Assembly: GCA_963662655.2 (NCBI GenBank)
Contig: CAXXTU010000002.1
Coordinates: forward strand, 992,001-1,056,000
Origin: Candidatus Cloacimonadales bacterium
Lineage (GTDB): Bacteria > Cloacimonadota > Cloacimonadia > Cloacimonadales > JAIOQZ01
Length of the DNA stretch: 64,000 bases
Reading direction: 5' to 3'
The notes under the pieces are model-generated. The model searched no databases and had not been told where the DNA came from. It worked only from the letters and a program-made list of their open reading frames with translations. Both the position numbers and the translations under genes were made by a program. Every line of letters begins with the position of its first letter. The stretch's first letter is position 1. This document shows positions 8,881-20,016 of this stretch, one piece after another.

Positions 8881-9987
8881 TCAATGTGCAATCAGGAAAT
8901 CTTTCAGAAAATGGACGCCGGCGATTTCCAGGATGATGCCGACGGCTAGAACAATCACAAACAGCGCTTTTCCGACGTCCTGCCCCTTCAAGCTCCCCAA
9001 CTGATGCGGATCCTTGGAAAGGTAGGCGGACGCGGCGAAAAGCTCTTCACCGATCAGTGTATAATCACATGCTGCAACAAAGAAAGGCAACTGGCTGGGC
9101 ATCGCGGTTCCAGCGGTCTGGATCGCGCCGCTGGTGAAGCCCGTCTCGGCCAGGATGAGCGATTCCGCGTAAAATGCCCCCATCAGGAAGATGGCTGCGG
9201 GTTTTTCGCGAATGATGATGCCATCGACGCCGGCAACAAAGCCGAACTGGTCGTCCGTGAGATAGAACACGGAATCCGGGAGGTATGAATCCGGCCGCCC
9301 CGCCTTCATGTAGGATTCCTTGACCGTTTCACGGGCGGCGGAAAGTACCATGGAGCGCGACACGGGCACCAGAAGCTTGGTGTCGTACTCTGCGGTGCGT
9401 TGCGCCAGCTTCCCTAGGATGGTCAGGCCGGCGATGGTTTGCATGTCGTCGAGGTCCATGATTCCCGGAACGAAGAGGATCGGTTTGCCCATTTCCGTTG
9501 CGCGACCAACGGCTTCCTCCATCGAGTCGAGTCCGCTGATGCGCCGGATGTAGAGGTCTTTGCCACTACGGGCCGAGGCGATGTAGAAGATGATTGCGCC
9601 CGAGAGGATGATCGCCATGATGAGCAGGGAAATCTTGTCGGTGTTGAACCACTGGGCCTTGGCGATAGCCCTTCCAACCTCCTGAGCGAGCGATTGTCCG
9701 TCCGCATCGAGAATGGATATGCGATAGTCGTAGATCTCCCCCGCCGAGATGTTGTTCGTGTCCAGGAAGCTGTTCTTTCCGGAATCGACCGTGGCGATCA
9801 CCTGGAAATCTTCGTTTCCGGTTTTCCGTTCGATTTGTATGCTGTAGATGTCGGCTCCGGCGTACTCCCATTTTAGATCGATCCCCGAGCCATCGTCATT
9901 GGGATGATCAAAGACCTGGAAGCCGACTCCTGCCGCCCACGCAGAGCATAAACCTAACAGCATAAGCAAGTTAAGCAGCATTTTCAT
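8881..9987 (-). CDS. Signal peptide + fibronectin-III-like domain + DUF6754-like membrane domain (gene 1 of cluster)
   Basis: ATG 9987 with GGAG RBS; DHPNDDGSGIDLKW...YDYRI FN3-like region; IRRISGLDSMEEAVGRATEMG and ACDYTLIGEELFAASAYLS. Family name is from recall. Confidence 0.75.
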   Translation of the reverse strand: MKMLLNLLMLLGLCSAWAAGVGFQVFDHPNDDGSGIDLKWEYAGADIYSIQIERKTGNEDFQVIATVDSGKNSFLDTNNISAGEIYDYRISILDADGQSLAQEVGRAIAKAQWFNTDKISLLIMAIILSGAIIFYIASARSGKDLYIRRISGLDSMEEAVGRATEMGKPILFVPGIMDLDDMQTIAGLTILGKLAQRTAEYDTKLLVPVSRSMVLSAARETVKESYMKAGRPDSYLPDSVFYLTDDQFGFVAGVDGIIIREKPAAIFLMGAFYAESLILAETGFTSGAIQTAGTAMPSQLPFFVAACDYTLIGEELFAASAYLSKDPHQLGSLKGQDVGKALFVIVLAVGIILEIAGVHFLKDFLIAH

Positions 9988-10191
9988 AAATATCTCCAGA
10001 TTTTGGATTATATTTTTTAATTTCAATTCTTGATGAAAATTGTGTCAAGAAAAACAGTTTTTGCATGAAAACGGAAGAGCATTTCTTATGGTCCGGCAGT
10101 CATCTTGTGTCGTTGAGCGAGTGTTTTTTCGTATTCTTCACCACCTTTCATCTTGACACGGAAATCACAGGGATTTTCATGGCGTTGGCTG

Positions 10192-10268
10192 GCCCCCGTA
10201 GCTCAGGTGGATAGAGCAGTTCCCTCCTAAGGAAAAGGTCGCACGTTCGAGTCGTGCCGGGGGCGCCA
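10192..10268 (+). tRNA. tRNA-Arg(CCT)
   Basis: Acceptor stem GCCCCCG/CGGGGGC, D arm GCTC/GAGC, anticodon loop CT-CCT-AA, T arm GCACG-TTCGAGT-CGTGC, encoded CCA. Confidence 0.96.
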
Positions 10269-10412
10269 CTTTTGCATCTACAATAATTGCAGCAACTTGC
10301 TCTTCCCCTCCTGGCGCAGGTAGATACTCCCTACTATCTCTCGCGATAAAGTCCTTGCCATTTTCGCACGATTCTTAGGCTTGGTTCGTGAATCACAGGG
10401 GGTTAGCGCACC

Positions 10413-13400
10413 ATGCTTTATCAGAAGCTCAAACAATACTTCGAACAATCCGGTTTCTTCAAGGAGATCGATCAACGGTTGAGTAACCAATCCACCGGCG
10501 ATCTGCTGTTCAACATGAACAACTCGGCCAAAGCAGCCGTCGTGACGCATATCTTCCAGCAGACGGGCAAGAATATCCTGTTCGTCAGCGCAGACGATAA
10601 AATGGCCGAGGATTACCTGGATGATTTCCAATTGCTGGTCGGGCAGGAAAGCGCCTGCATCCTCCCCGATTTCGAGGTACTTCCCTACGAAGAACGTTCC
10701 CCTCACTACACCATCCGGGCGCAGCGCATCGAGACCCTCGCGAGAGCCGTGTCGGGGCAGCCGCAGATTTACAGCCTGCCCATCCGCTCGCTGCTCCGCA
10801 AGATCGTCCCCCAAGTCCATCTTCTCAGCCAACCTCGTACAGCTTGTCAAGGGAGAGGAACACAACCCGGATCACCTGATATCCAAATTGGTCGGCCTCG
10901 GCTACAGCAACGAGTACCAGGTTTCGCGCGTGGGTGAAGTGGCACGTCGCGGCGGTATCATCGACATCTTCAGTCCGAATCTCATGTATCCGGTGCGCGT
11001 GGAGTATTTCGGCGATGAAATCGACTCGATTCGCGAATTCAGCGTGACGTCCCAGCGATCGCTCGGCTCCGAGCTGGACGAAGTGACCATCATTCCTTCC
11101 CGTGAGTTCTCAATACATGATGTCGAGGCGGATGAGAAGCTTTGGGAGCGCATCCACGCTGAAGGTTTCTACGAGGGAATCGAGCTGGATGTATCGCTGC
11201 TCATGCCGTCCGTGCAGACCTTCTCCGAGTACTTCAAGCCCGAAGATGTTATTCTCTTCTTCGACGAATACCAGTTTTTCCATACCTATCTGGCAGAAAT
11301 CACGGACGAAACGCAAGACCTCTGGGTGAAGGCCCGTCAAAAGCAGAAGCGAAGAATCCTGCCGGAACCGCAGATGATCTTCGCGGACGACGTTTTTATC
11401 AAGAACCTCATGAATGCGAACCAGCATTTCTTCGTTTCGGGCTCGTATCAGACATTCGAGCAGGCGAAGGAGACCTTTGAAGCGCCGTTCATCTCGCAGA
11501 CCAACATGCATTCGGATCTGAACCTCCTCGAGCAAAGCCTGCACCAGAAACTCACGGACGGCTACAAGGTGATCATCCAGTCGGACAACCGCAGCCAGAG
11601 CAAGCGTATGCGCGATCTCCTGCCGAATTACGAGAAGCGGATCGAGTTCATGATCGGCGTTCTTCATCGCGGATGGAACCTCCAGGACGCGAAGCTTGCC
11701 ATCTTCACCGATCACGAGATATTCAGCCGTTACAAACGCAAGAAACACTTTACTCGCTTTTCCAAGGAAGAAGCGCTCGTCGATTACGAATCGATGAAGC
11801 CCGGCGATTTCATCGTCCATATCGATTACGGAATCGGCTCGTACCTGGGGCTCAAGAAAGTCCGCGTGGAAGGCAACGAGATCGAGTGCATGACCATCGC
11901 CTACGCGGGTAACGACACCGTTTACGTTCCCACCTATCAGCTCGACCTTGTCTCGCGTTACGTTTCCGAAGAAGGATTTGTTCCGCAGATCCACAAGCTG
12001 GGCTCGAAGAAATGGGAAAGCACCCGCTCTCGGGCGAAGAAGCAGATCGAACTCGTGGTGGAAGACCTCGTCAAGCTGTATGCGGAGCGCCGACTGCGCA
12101 AGGGCATCTCCTTCGATGTCGACAACGAGTGGCAGAAGGAGATGGAAGAGGCTTTCATCTACGAGGACACGCCGGATCAACGAAAATCCACCGACGATAT
12201 CAAAAAGGATATGGAATCCGACGCGCCTATGGAACGCCTTCTTTGCGGCGATGTGGGCTTCGGTAAGACAGAGGTCGCCATCCGCGCGGCATTCAAGGCT
12301 GTCTTGAGCGGATATCAGGTTGCGGTGCTGGTTCCGACCACGCTCCTTGCCGAGCAGCACTACAACGTTTTCCGCGAACGCCTTGCGCAATACCCGGTTC
12401 AGGTTGCGATGCTGAGTCGCTTCCGCACGCCTGCGAACGTGAAGAAGGATATCGTGAGAATGCATGAGGGTAAGGTCGATATCGCCATCGGAACCCACCG
12501 CCTACTCTCCGAGGATATCAAATTCAAGCGCCTGGGACTCTTGATCGTGGACGAAGAGCACCGCTTCGGCGTGAAGCATAAAGAAAAATTGCGCCGACTC
12601 AAGGCGAACGTCGATACGCTCTATATGTCGGCGACGCCGATCCCTCGCACCATGAACATGGCGCTATCCAAGCTTAAGGAGATGTCGCTCATTCAAACGT
12701 CGCCCAAAGCCAGGCTTCCCGTTCGAACCATCATCGTTCCTTTCGATGAAGAGATAATCAAGGATGCGATCAATCGCGAGGTGGACCGCGGCGGACAGGT
12801 TTTCTTCGTTCACAACCGCGTACAGACGATAGACAGCATGGCGACCGATCTGAAGAAGCTCATGCCTCAGATACGCTTCAAGGTCGCGCATGGCCAGATG
12901 CCGGAGAAGCAGCTCGAAGCCGTGATGCTCGAATTCGCGCATCACCAGTTTGACGTCCTCATCGCCTCCACCATCATCGAATCGGGAATCGACATCCCCA
13001 ACGCGAACACGATCATTGTCAATCGTGCGGATATGTTCGGGCTGGCCCAACTCTACCAGATCAGAGGACGTGTGGGGCGCAGCAATCGCCGAGCGTACTC
13101 GTACCTGGTCATTCCCAGAAAACTGAGCGAGGAAGCCCGTCACAGGCTCGAGACCCTCACCGAGTACGACTACCTCGGAGCAGGTTATCAGGTCGCAATG
13201 CGCGATCTCGAAATCCGCGGAGCAGGCACCCTTCTGGGAACCAAGCAAAGCGGCGTGATCAACTCGGTTGGATACAACTACTACAACCGACTCCTGGAAC
13301 AGGCTGTCGAAAACATGGAGAAGGAAAATCCCGCCGGACTGTGGGACGACGATCAGCCCAACGAGCAGACCCGCGTCCGCATGGAAGCCGATTTCTACTT

Positions 13401-13824
13401 CCCGGCCGGGTATATCGCCGACGAAGAAATCCGCCTTCAGATCTACAGAAGAATGCAGAATTTCAAGGAAATTACCGACTTCGATGCCCTTTCGACCGAA
13501 ATGGAAGACCGCTTCGGGAAGCTTCCCGCTCCGGCAAACCGGGCTCTGCGCTTTTATCGGCTGCGTCTGATGGCAAAGAAATGCGGACTGAGCACGCTGC
13601 ATTTCAAGCGGGACGATATCATCCTCGAATTCGATCAGAAGAGACTCCCTCCCCGCGAAAAGATCGGGCGAGTGGTCGGGAAATTCCCGCAGTATCCCGT
13701 TCGATTCGAGACAACCGGCAATCTCAAGATCATCTTCAGCGTGAAAACGGAGCCGGATTACCGTCAGGACCAGTTAACGGAAACGGGAGAAAAGATACTG
13801 GATTGCTTCAGCGCAACTTCGTGA
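10413..13824 (+). CDS. mfd: Transcription-repair coupling factor Mfd (one-base frameshift at C5 run 10808-10812)
   Basis: ORF 10413 gives the N-terminus (LPYEERSP...RIETL). ORF ending 13824 gives RGGIIDIF, GDVGFGKTEVA, DEEHRFG, QIRGRVGRS and the TRCF domain. Deleting one C joins them into about 1136 aa. Confidence 0.92.
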
Positions 13825-13934
13825 TCGAAACTCGCTAGATACATCCTCCGCGATCTGGCTCGACAGATTTTCTTTCTTGCAATTATTTAACGAATAATTT
13901 ATTCTATCACTATAAGTAATTTGCAGGAGGAAAT

Positions 13935-14870
13935 ATGAGATCGATCCTTTTTTTTATCATCCTTGCGCTGATTTGCTTACCGCTATACCTCAGTGCACAG
14001 AATATCGGAGTCATGTGGTACACCGAATCATCCATGTCCGACAGAGTTTTCAAAGGATTTACGGAACAATTCTCCAAGCTGGCTCCTGGTGTAAATATTG
14101 AAACCCATCTGGCCATCGAATCAACGGAGGAAGTGGATAAAATCTATCGTAAGTATGCGTCGGACAAAGACGGCATCCTCTTTCTACGGTCACACGGGGC
14201 CAAGTATCTCAAGGATCATCCGATCAAGGTTCCGGGGTTCATCGGCGCAGCCAACAATCCGGTGCAACTCGGGATTGTCCCGACCCTCGACGCTCCTCCG
14301 AAGCAAAATATTACAGGCGTAACCTACCATCTTCCTGTCGAATTTCAAATGAGGGTGTTCATGCAGATGATTAGTGGCATCAAGAAAATAGGGCTGATGC
14401 TGGAAGAGGGACACCCGGGGACACCGATCGACCGGGCGAACACGGAGAAGGCCTGTGAGGAGCTGGGCATCGCCTATACGGAATCGGTGTGTAAAACAAA
14501 AGACCAGCTTGCAGGGGGCGTGAAGAAGCTTCTCCAGCAGGGCGTCGATGTCATCATCATCGCGAATCCCAATCTTGTCACAGACAACACCGATATCATT
14601 GTCAGCGCTGCGGGGCAGACGCCTGTTGTGTCATACGCCGAGACTTCAATCAAAAAAGGCGCACTCGGTGGTCTGGTTCCCGATGACGAAAAACTTGGCC
14701 GTCTCCTGGCGAACGCCGTGTATAAAGTCGTGGTGGAAAAGATTCCGATTGAGGAAGTTCCGATACAGTTGGATAACGAACCGAAGCTTCTTATCAACCG
14801 TGATGCGCTGAAGAGATATCAGATTGAAATCCCCATGGATTTGCTCAAGCAAACGAAATTTGTTGACTGA
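13935..14870 (+). CDS. ABC transporter substrate-binding protein (orphan)
   Basis: Signal peptide; NPVQLGIV, NITGV, GALGG and LLIN pattern of the ABC_sub_bind family. Confidence 0.8.
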   Translation: MRSILFFIILALICLPLYLSAQNIGVMWYTESSMSDRVFKGFTEQFSKLAPGVNIETHLAIESTEEVDKIYRKYASDKDGILFLRSHGAKYLKDHPIKVPGFIGAANNPVQLGIVPTLDAPPKQNITGVTYHLPVEFQMRVFMQMISGIKKIGLMLEEGHPGTPIDRANTEKACEELGIAYTESVCKTKDQLAGGVKKLLQQGVDVIIIANPNLVTDNTDIIVSAAGQTPVVSYAETSIKKGALGGLVPDDEKLGRLLANAVYKVVVEKIPIEEVPIQLDNEPKLLINRDALKRYQIEIPMDLLKQTKFVD

Positions 14871-14897
14871 AATTAATAACTAACGGAAGTTAACCAT

Positions 14898-14938
14898 CGG
14901 CTTGTGATCTGTGCCGGCAGATTGTGAGCCGTTTTTTT
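14898..14938 (+). terminator. Probable intrinsic terminator
   Basis: Hairpin cggcttgtgatctg/cagattgtgagccg (with G-U pairs) followed by a T run, downstream of the substrate-binding gene. Confidence 0.6.
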
Positions 14939-14954
14939 CATATCGTCGCTTACC

Positions 14955-15079
14955 GGTGTGTCATCTTCGCCCGATCTGCGCTCCAACGTGGATATAACAC
15001 ATCCTTTGAACTATCGAGCATAATAATAGGACGTGTAACACCACGTTTCCGCTGCAGATCGAACGAACCTGATCACACC
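14955..15079 (-). repeat. Dispersed structured hairpin element, copy 1
   Basis: Minus strand: GGTGTG-ATCAGGTTCG...CGTGGTGTTACAC-loop-GTGTTATATCCACG...GCGAAGATGA-CACACC; homologous to the copies at 18001, 56768 and 61820. Confidence 0.8.
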
Positions 15080-15168
15080 TCTTCAGGAAAACGTCTCTGT
15101 ATCCATTCTCTTGACAAGCAACCTCACTTCGTAAATGTGGTTTGAAAATAATAATAAAGGGGTTGAGC

Positions 15169-15825
15169 TTGAAGTGGTTATCGCTGTTCCTGCTGATCAT
15201 GACGTGTATCATAGCGCTATCGGCAATAGAAAAACCGTCACTGGCGAGGCTGCATTACGATGGCGGCGGCGACTGGTATAACAACCCCGACATGCTTACC
15301 AATCTGGCGGAGTACGCCAATCAAACACTCGGTACCGATTTCAGTACCGAGCAGGCTGTTGTTAAACCGGACGAACCGAACCTGATGGATCATCCGTACA
15401 TTTTCATGACCGGGCACGGCAACGTGGCATTCTCCGGGAAAGACGCAGACAATCTCAGGGACTACCTCGAGCGCGGCGGATTCCTCTATGCAGACGACGA
15501 CTACGGCATGGACGAATCGTTCCGGCGGGAGATCAAGAAGCTTCTTCCAGAACTGGAGATGGTGGAGCTCCCTGCCAGCCACGAGATTTTCCACAGCTAC
15601 TTCGACTTCCCGAAGGGACTCCCAAAAACGCACGAGCACGACGCACATCGTCCACAGGCATTCGCCATTTTCGATGCAGACGGACGGATGCTTGTTTTAT
15701 ATACCTACGAATCGAACATCAGCGATGGCTGGGCATCCCCCCAGATCCATCACGACCCACCCGCGATTCGCGAAGCAGCGCTCCAGATGGGCGTTAACAT
15801 CCTGCACTATCTACTGACGAGATGA
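15169..15825 (+). CDS. DUF4159 family protein
   Basis: ARLHYDGGGDWY, FMTGHG, LRDYLERGGFLYADD, SDGW and ALQMGVNI. Start (TTG 15142, 15163 or 15169) uncertain. Confidence 0.85.
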   Translation: MKWLSLFLLIMTCIIALSAIEKPSLARLHYDGGGDWYNNPDMLTNLAEYANQTLGTDFSTEQAVVKPDEPNLMDHPYIFMTGHGNVAFSGKDADNLRDYLERGGFLYADDDYGMDESFRREIKKLLPELEMVELPASHEIFHSYFDFPKGLPKTHEHDAHRPQAFAIFDADGRMLVLYTYESNISDGWASPQIHHDPPAIREAALQMGVNILHYLLTR

Positions 15826-15829
15826 AGCG

Positions 15830-16567
15830 ATGAGAGTCTACATTGTTTCCGACATGCACCTTGGTTTCGATGACAGCGAATTCACTGCGCAGCAAATGGA
15901 AAAGGCGATCGCCTTTCTGAACCGCATCCGCGGGAAAGCCGACCTCCTGATCATGAACGGCGACATCTTCGATTTCTGGATGGAGTGGAAGGGCTCGATT
16001 ATCAGCAGCTATTTCCCTTTTCTCAAAGCGCTTGCCGACTTGAAGGAAAGCGGCTGCCGTCCGGTATTCATCGCTGGAAACCACGACTTCTGGTTCCGCG
16101 ATTTCCTCACGAAAACCATCGGCGTAGAACTGTGCATGGAAAGCTTCAGCGGGAAAATGGACGGAAAAAACATCTTTGTGGCCCACGGAGATCGCTACAC
16201 ATCCAATGATATGCGCTACCACTTCTATCGATCCATCATCCGATTCCCCTTGATGAAGCAAATTGCCGGATTGTTCCACCCGAACTTCGTGCTGTGGCTC
16301 GTCAAACACATTTCGAACTCCAGCAGGGAACTCTCCCAAACAAGGCAGAGAACCGCGGAAACGGAGAACAAGGGGATGATCATTTCAGCGAAGAAGTTAC
16401 TGAATCAATTCGATATCGTGTGTTTCGCGCATTCCCACACCCCCCGCATCGTGGAGCTTGAGAACGGCATTTACGCCAACAGCGGGGACTGGCTAACGAA
16501 CAATACATACCTCAGCCTGATCGACGGCGAGTTGAATTTGAATTTCTGGAAGGAGGAAACATCTTGA
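15830..16567 (+). CDS. lpxH: UDP-2,3-diacylglucosamine diphosphatase (LpxH-like metallophosphoesterase)
   Basis: SDMHLG, GDIFDFW, GNHD, HGD, HSH and NSGDW motifs. Confidence 0.8.
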   Translation: MRVYIVSDMHLGFDDSEFTAQQMEKAIAFLNRIRGKADLLIMNGDIFDFWMEWKGSIISSYFPFLKALADLKESGCRPVFIAGNHDFWFRDFLTKTIGVELCMESFSGKMDGKNIFVAHGDRYTSNDMRYHFYRSIIRFPLMKQIAGLFHPNFVLWLVKHISNSSRELSQTRQRTAETENKGMIISAKKLLNQFDIVCFAHSHTPRIVELENGIYANSGDWLTNNTYLSLIDGELNLNFWKEETS

Positions 16568-17352
16568 AACAATTTCTTATCATCATCGCAATCATCTCGA
16601 TGGTTGCAACATTAGGAGCTCAAAACATGCGTAAAATCATCATGAAAACCAACATGGGCGACATGGAAATCGAACTGTGGCCCGATGTTGCCCCAAAGAC
16701 AGTTGAAAACTTTATCGGCCTCGCTGACGGCACGAAGGAATGGACAGACCCGACAACCGGTGAAAAGGTGAAGAAACCCTTCTACAATGGACTGATCTTC
16801 CACCGCGTCATCAAAGACTTTATGATCCAGGGCGGATGTCCTCTCGGCAACGGAACCGGTGGCCCCGGCTACCGTTTCGAGGACGAATTCCCCCAAGAGC
16901 AGGTCACAGGCGATATTACATCCGAAGACGTCGCGATTCAGGTGTACATGAACATCCTTCGCCCGTACCTCATGCAGAACGAAAATCCGGACCCCGAAGT
17001 GCTCGCAGTAGCGGAAGAGGTGCAGAAGAAACAGAACGGTTCACCGCTCATGCAGCATACGATAGAGTGGTATCAGGAAAAGACCGGCGTCAACGAACCG
17101 ATTTACCGTATGACGCAAACCGTCGACTACGGTACGATCTGCATGGCCAACTCCGGCCCGAACACTAACGGATCGCAGTTCTTCATCGTTACCAAGAAAG
17201 AGGGTTGCAACTGGCTCAACGGCAAGCACACCGTCTTCGGGAAGGTAACCAAAGGCATGGATATTGCCCACAAGATAGAAAACGTGGAAAAACTCCCGGG
17301 CGACAAGCCCAAGAAAGACGTTGTCATCGAAGAGATCGTCATTGTAAAATGA
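16564..17352 (+). CDS. Cyclophilin-type peptidyl-prolyl cis-trans isomerase with an internal insertion
   Basis: Signal peptide; [36 protein letters not shown] and HTVFGKV. Confidence 0.92.
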   Translation: MKQFLIIIAIISMVATLGAQNMRKIIMKTNMGDMEIELWPDVAPKTVENFIGLADGTKEWTDPTTGEKVKKPFYNGLIFHRVIKDFMIQGGCPLGNGTGGPGYRFEDEFPQEQVTGDITSEDVAIQVYMNILRPYLMQNENPDPEVLAVAEEVQKKQNGSPLMQHTIEWYQEKTGVNEPIYRMTQTVDYGTICMANSGPNTNGSQFFIVTKKEGCNWLNGKHTVFGKVTKGMDIAHKIENVEKLPGDKPKKDVVIEEIVIVK

Positions 17353-17975
17353 GACGCCTCGCGTTTTCGCTGATTCTTTTGATCGCAGTCTGCACAACCA
17401 TGCAGGCTGCGATCGTCGATTTTGTTTGCGACGGCGATACCCTCTCCATCCGGATCGAAGAAAGCGTCGCTCCGGAAACCGCCGGATATTTTCTTCAAAT
17501 GATCGGCGACAACCTGTTCAATAACACGACCATCACCGTTGACTCCTCAGGCTTCGCCTGGATCGATATAGCCCCTGAAAGTCTGCGGCAAGTCGAAGCA
17601 ATGCCGTCCTTCTCAGACACCCTTTTCGTAGAGGTCTGCCCCGATTCGCTCGGATTGGATACGCTCATCGTTGCCAACAGCGAGTACCGCGATTTACTAC
17701 CAGCGACCAGTCCCATGCAAAATCAGTCGGTGAAAAACCTTCTCCTCGCGTTGAACTACGCCTTCTCCGACAGCCTCTCGTCGATCCAGCCCGATTACGG
17801 AACACTCGCCTTCACTCCCCTTCAGCCACGACCATTTTTCATCGTTACAAGACCCGAAGGAGCTCCCTGGCTCACCGGAAGATGCGTGGTCTTGGGAATC
17901 GTTGTGAAGGGGATGGAGATTGTTTCAAAGCCTCAGGCATCCAAGCTGAAAATCTCCTCTGCTACCATTCGATAG
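17349..17975 (+). CDS. Degenerate cyclophilin-fold protein
   Basis: ATG 17349 overlaps the upstream stop (ATGA); signal peptide; [29 protein letters not shown] and [10 protein letters not shown] align with the upstream PPIase. Confidence 0.7.
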   Translation: MRRLAFSLILLIAVCTTMQAAIVDFVCDGDTLSIRIEESVAPETAGYFLQMIGDNLFNNTTITVDSSGFAWIDIAPESLRQVEAMPSFSDTLFVEVCPDSLGLDTLIVANSEYRDLLPATSPMQNQSVKNLLLALNYAFSDSLSSIQPDYGTLAFTPLQPRPFFIVTRPEGAPWLTGRCVVLGIVVKGMEIVSKPQASKLKISSATIR

Positions 17976-18000
17976 CACACCACCCCGATCTTGTCCGACA

Positions 18001-18124
18001 GGCGCGAGCAGATTCGATCGATCTCCCCTTCTACGTGGTGTTCCACATCATTATATTGCGTTCGATAGTCCCGATGATGTGGTATATCCACGTTGAAGGA
18101 GAGATCGGGCGAAGGTACCGCGCC
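18001..18124 (+). repeat. Dispersed structured hairpin element, copy 2
   Basis: GGCGCG-AGCAGATTCG...CGTGGTGTTCCAC-loop-GTGGTATATCCACG...GCGAAGGTAC-CGCGCC, between convergent genes. Confidence 0.8.
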
Positions 18125-18142
18125 GTTCGCACATTGCTCTGC

Positions 18143-19556
18143 TTACATCGATTTCTTCACCAGTGCGTAGTTACCGTAAAATTCCTCTGCGCCGTTGAGT
18201 CGAGCCTGCATGGAATTGCCATCAATCCTGCACACGGCCTCCACAATCGCCCCACGCTTGGTGAAGAACGTGAACTTCATCACCCCGTTCAACAGCGATA
18301 TATGATCGAGTTTCAGCTCTTCCCCATTATCCTTGATAATCGCTTCGCCTGTAATTGCCGCATCATCGGCCTTCAGCACAAATTCCAGCGCCATCGTCTT
18401 CTCGTCCTTGCTGACGAGATTACTCCAGGTTCCAGCAATATTCGCCTTTGCAAACTCGATATCCTTATTTGTATGAATGGCGATGTTCTCGATGCAGGCC
18501 TCAGCGCTCATTTCTACCGAGAAAAAGTTCTCCGGCAAAATGGGATTCAGCTTATTCAGGATAAACTGCCTGTCGGCATCCTGCGTGAAAGATACAAAAT
18601 ACCCCGGCGAGGTTGCCCGGCTTCACTTCATCCATGTCGAGAATCTGCGTAGGCGAATCATTGGAGAAATCGATATCAGAAAGCGAGAACGTCTTTACCT
18701 CTGGATTCAATCGTGTGAAAAAACAGACCTCGCGCGTTTTCTCGTTATACAGCACCGACCACTCGGGTTCATCGTGAACTTTCAGCGTTCTCAGCATCAT
18801 CAAACCGTACTTTGTCACGTCGTCGGATGGCTTCATTTCACGCATGAGTCGCTGATAGCGCACGAAACGCGGTACGCGGGGATCATCCACCTCGCACGAA
18901 TACTGTCCGCCGAAACCATCGTAGTAGCGCATGAGCTCCATCTCCCAGTCGTACGGCGAATTGAACATCGCGGGAACCGGCATGGCGTCTCCGCTGTGAA
19001 CCAGAGGCTTTCCGTCGATAAACGCGATGCTGGCTGTCTTGCCAGAGGCATCCCCAACGAAGTAGTGCCAGCCCCATCCATCGATGGAGACCTCACCCGC
19101 GCGTTGGATCGCATCTTCGACAGTCTGGCAGGTGTCCAGCACGTACTGCATCCAGTTCACCTGACTCAGCGCCGGTTTCTCTGGATCGTTGGGATACTCG
19201 GCGTCCTCACCCATCTCCCAGATAAACAAACCGGCCTCGTTTACGCCGCCATCGATGAAATCGAGCCCGAATCCGTTGAAGGTCACCGAACCGTAGCGTG
19301 ATATCCACGTGAGTTCGGATGCTCTCTCAGGATTCAATGTAGTGATTTCCTCCCAGGTTCGCCCAACCTTGAACATCCCGCGCTTGTTGATATAAACCAT
19401 CCCGGGAATCCCCAAATCACCCTGATTCAGATTGTGCGCATAGGCAATTTCATCTCCCTGACGTACCTGAAACGTTGAACAACTCTCGACATGAGAAGGG
19501 ATAAAAACCATGAGTAGTGCGGCCAGAGCCACCAAAAGAATACGAATTGAAAACAT
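18143..19556 (-). CDS. Ntn-hydrolase (linear amide C-N hydrolase / penicillin V acylase family), split by a one-base frameshift at 18602-18605
   Basis: Signal peptide then CSTF nucleophile; WISRYGSVTFN, DGGVNEAGL, QYVLD and HYFVGD. Removing one G joins ORFs 18552-19568 and 18143-18538 into about 470 aa. Confidence 0.75.
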
Positions 19557-20016
19557 TATATCCTCCATAACCGTTTCTTGCAGTAGATAATCGCAAGAGT
19601 AGTGCCAGAGGATTTTTCTATTACGTTACATAGAGTTACGCGGTTGTGTGTTTACCTAAAACCATCATATCCATATACATTTCATGCGAAAATGATATGG
19701 CTATCGAATCACCTTGCGCATGAACCTCACTCGATGCACTCCCCGACTTTGTCCTCCAAGTCCAGGTAATGCTGTCTCGCAAGCACACCTCCGACCTGAC
19801 ACAAATCCTTGAACTTGTGCACATTTCTCTCGACGGCCTCTCGGGGCTCATCCCAGCTTGGGAAAGATATCGAACGGACTCGCGGCGAGATCGATGGCGT
19901 TCAAGCCCGATCTCCTCGCCACAGACGAGTTGATGGTTTCCACTGACGCGATTAATCTTCAGAACGGTGTCATCGGAGCCGGCAGCCTTGTTGACCATGT
20001 CCAGGCATGCCTTGTC

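Noticed and set aside
10192..10268. tRNA-Arg as an island integration site
   Set aside because: I saw no duplicate of its 3' end and no integrase; mfd follows directly.
11110..13602. Long antisense ORFs (462 and 312 aa) and similar shadow ORFs such as 1951-2952, 37669-38703 and 62049-63050
   Set aside because: They lie opposite well-supported genes and have no recognisable motifs; expected from codon bias.
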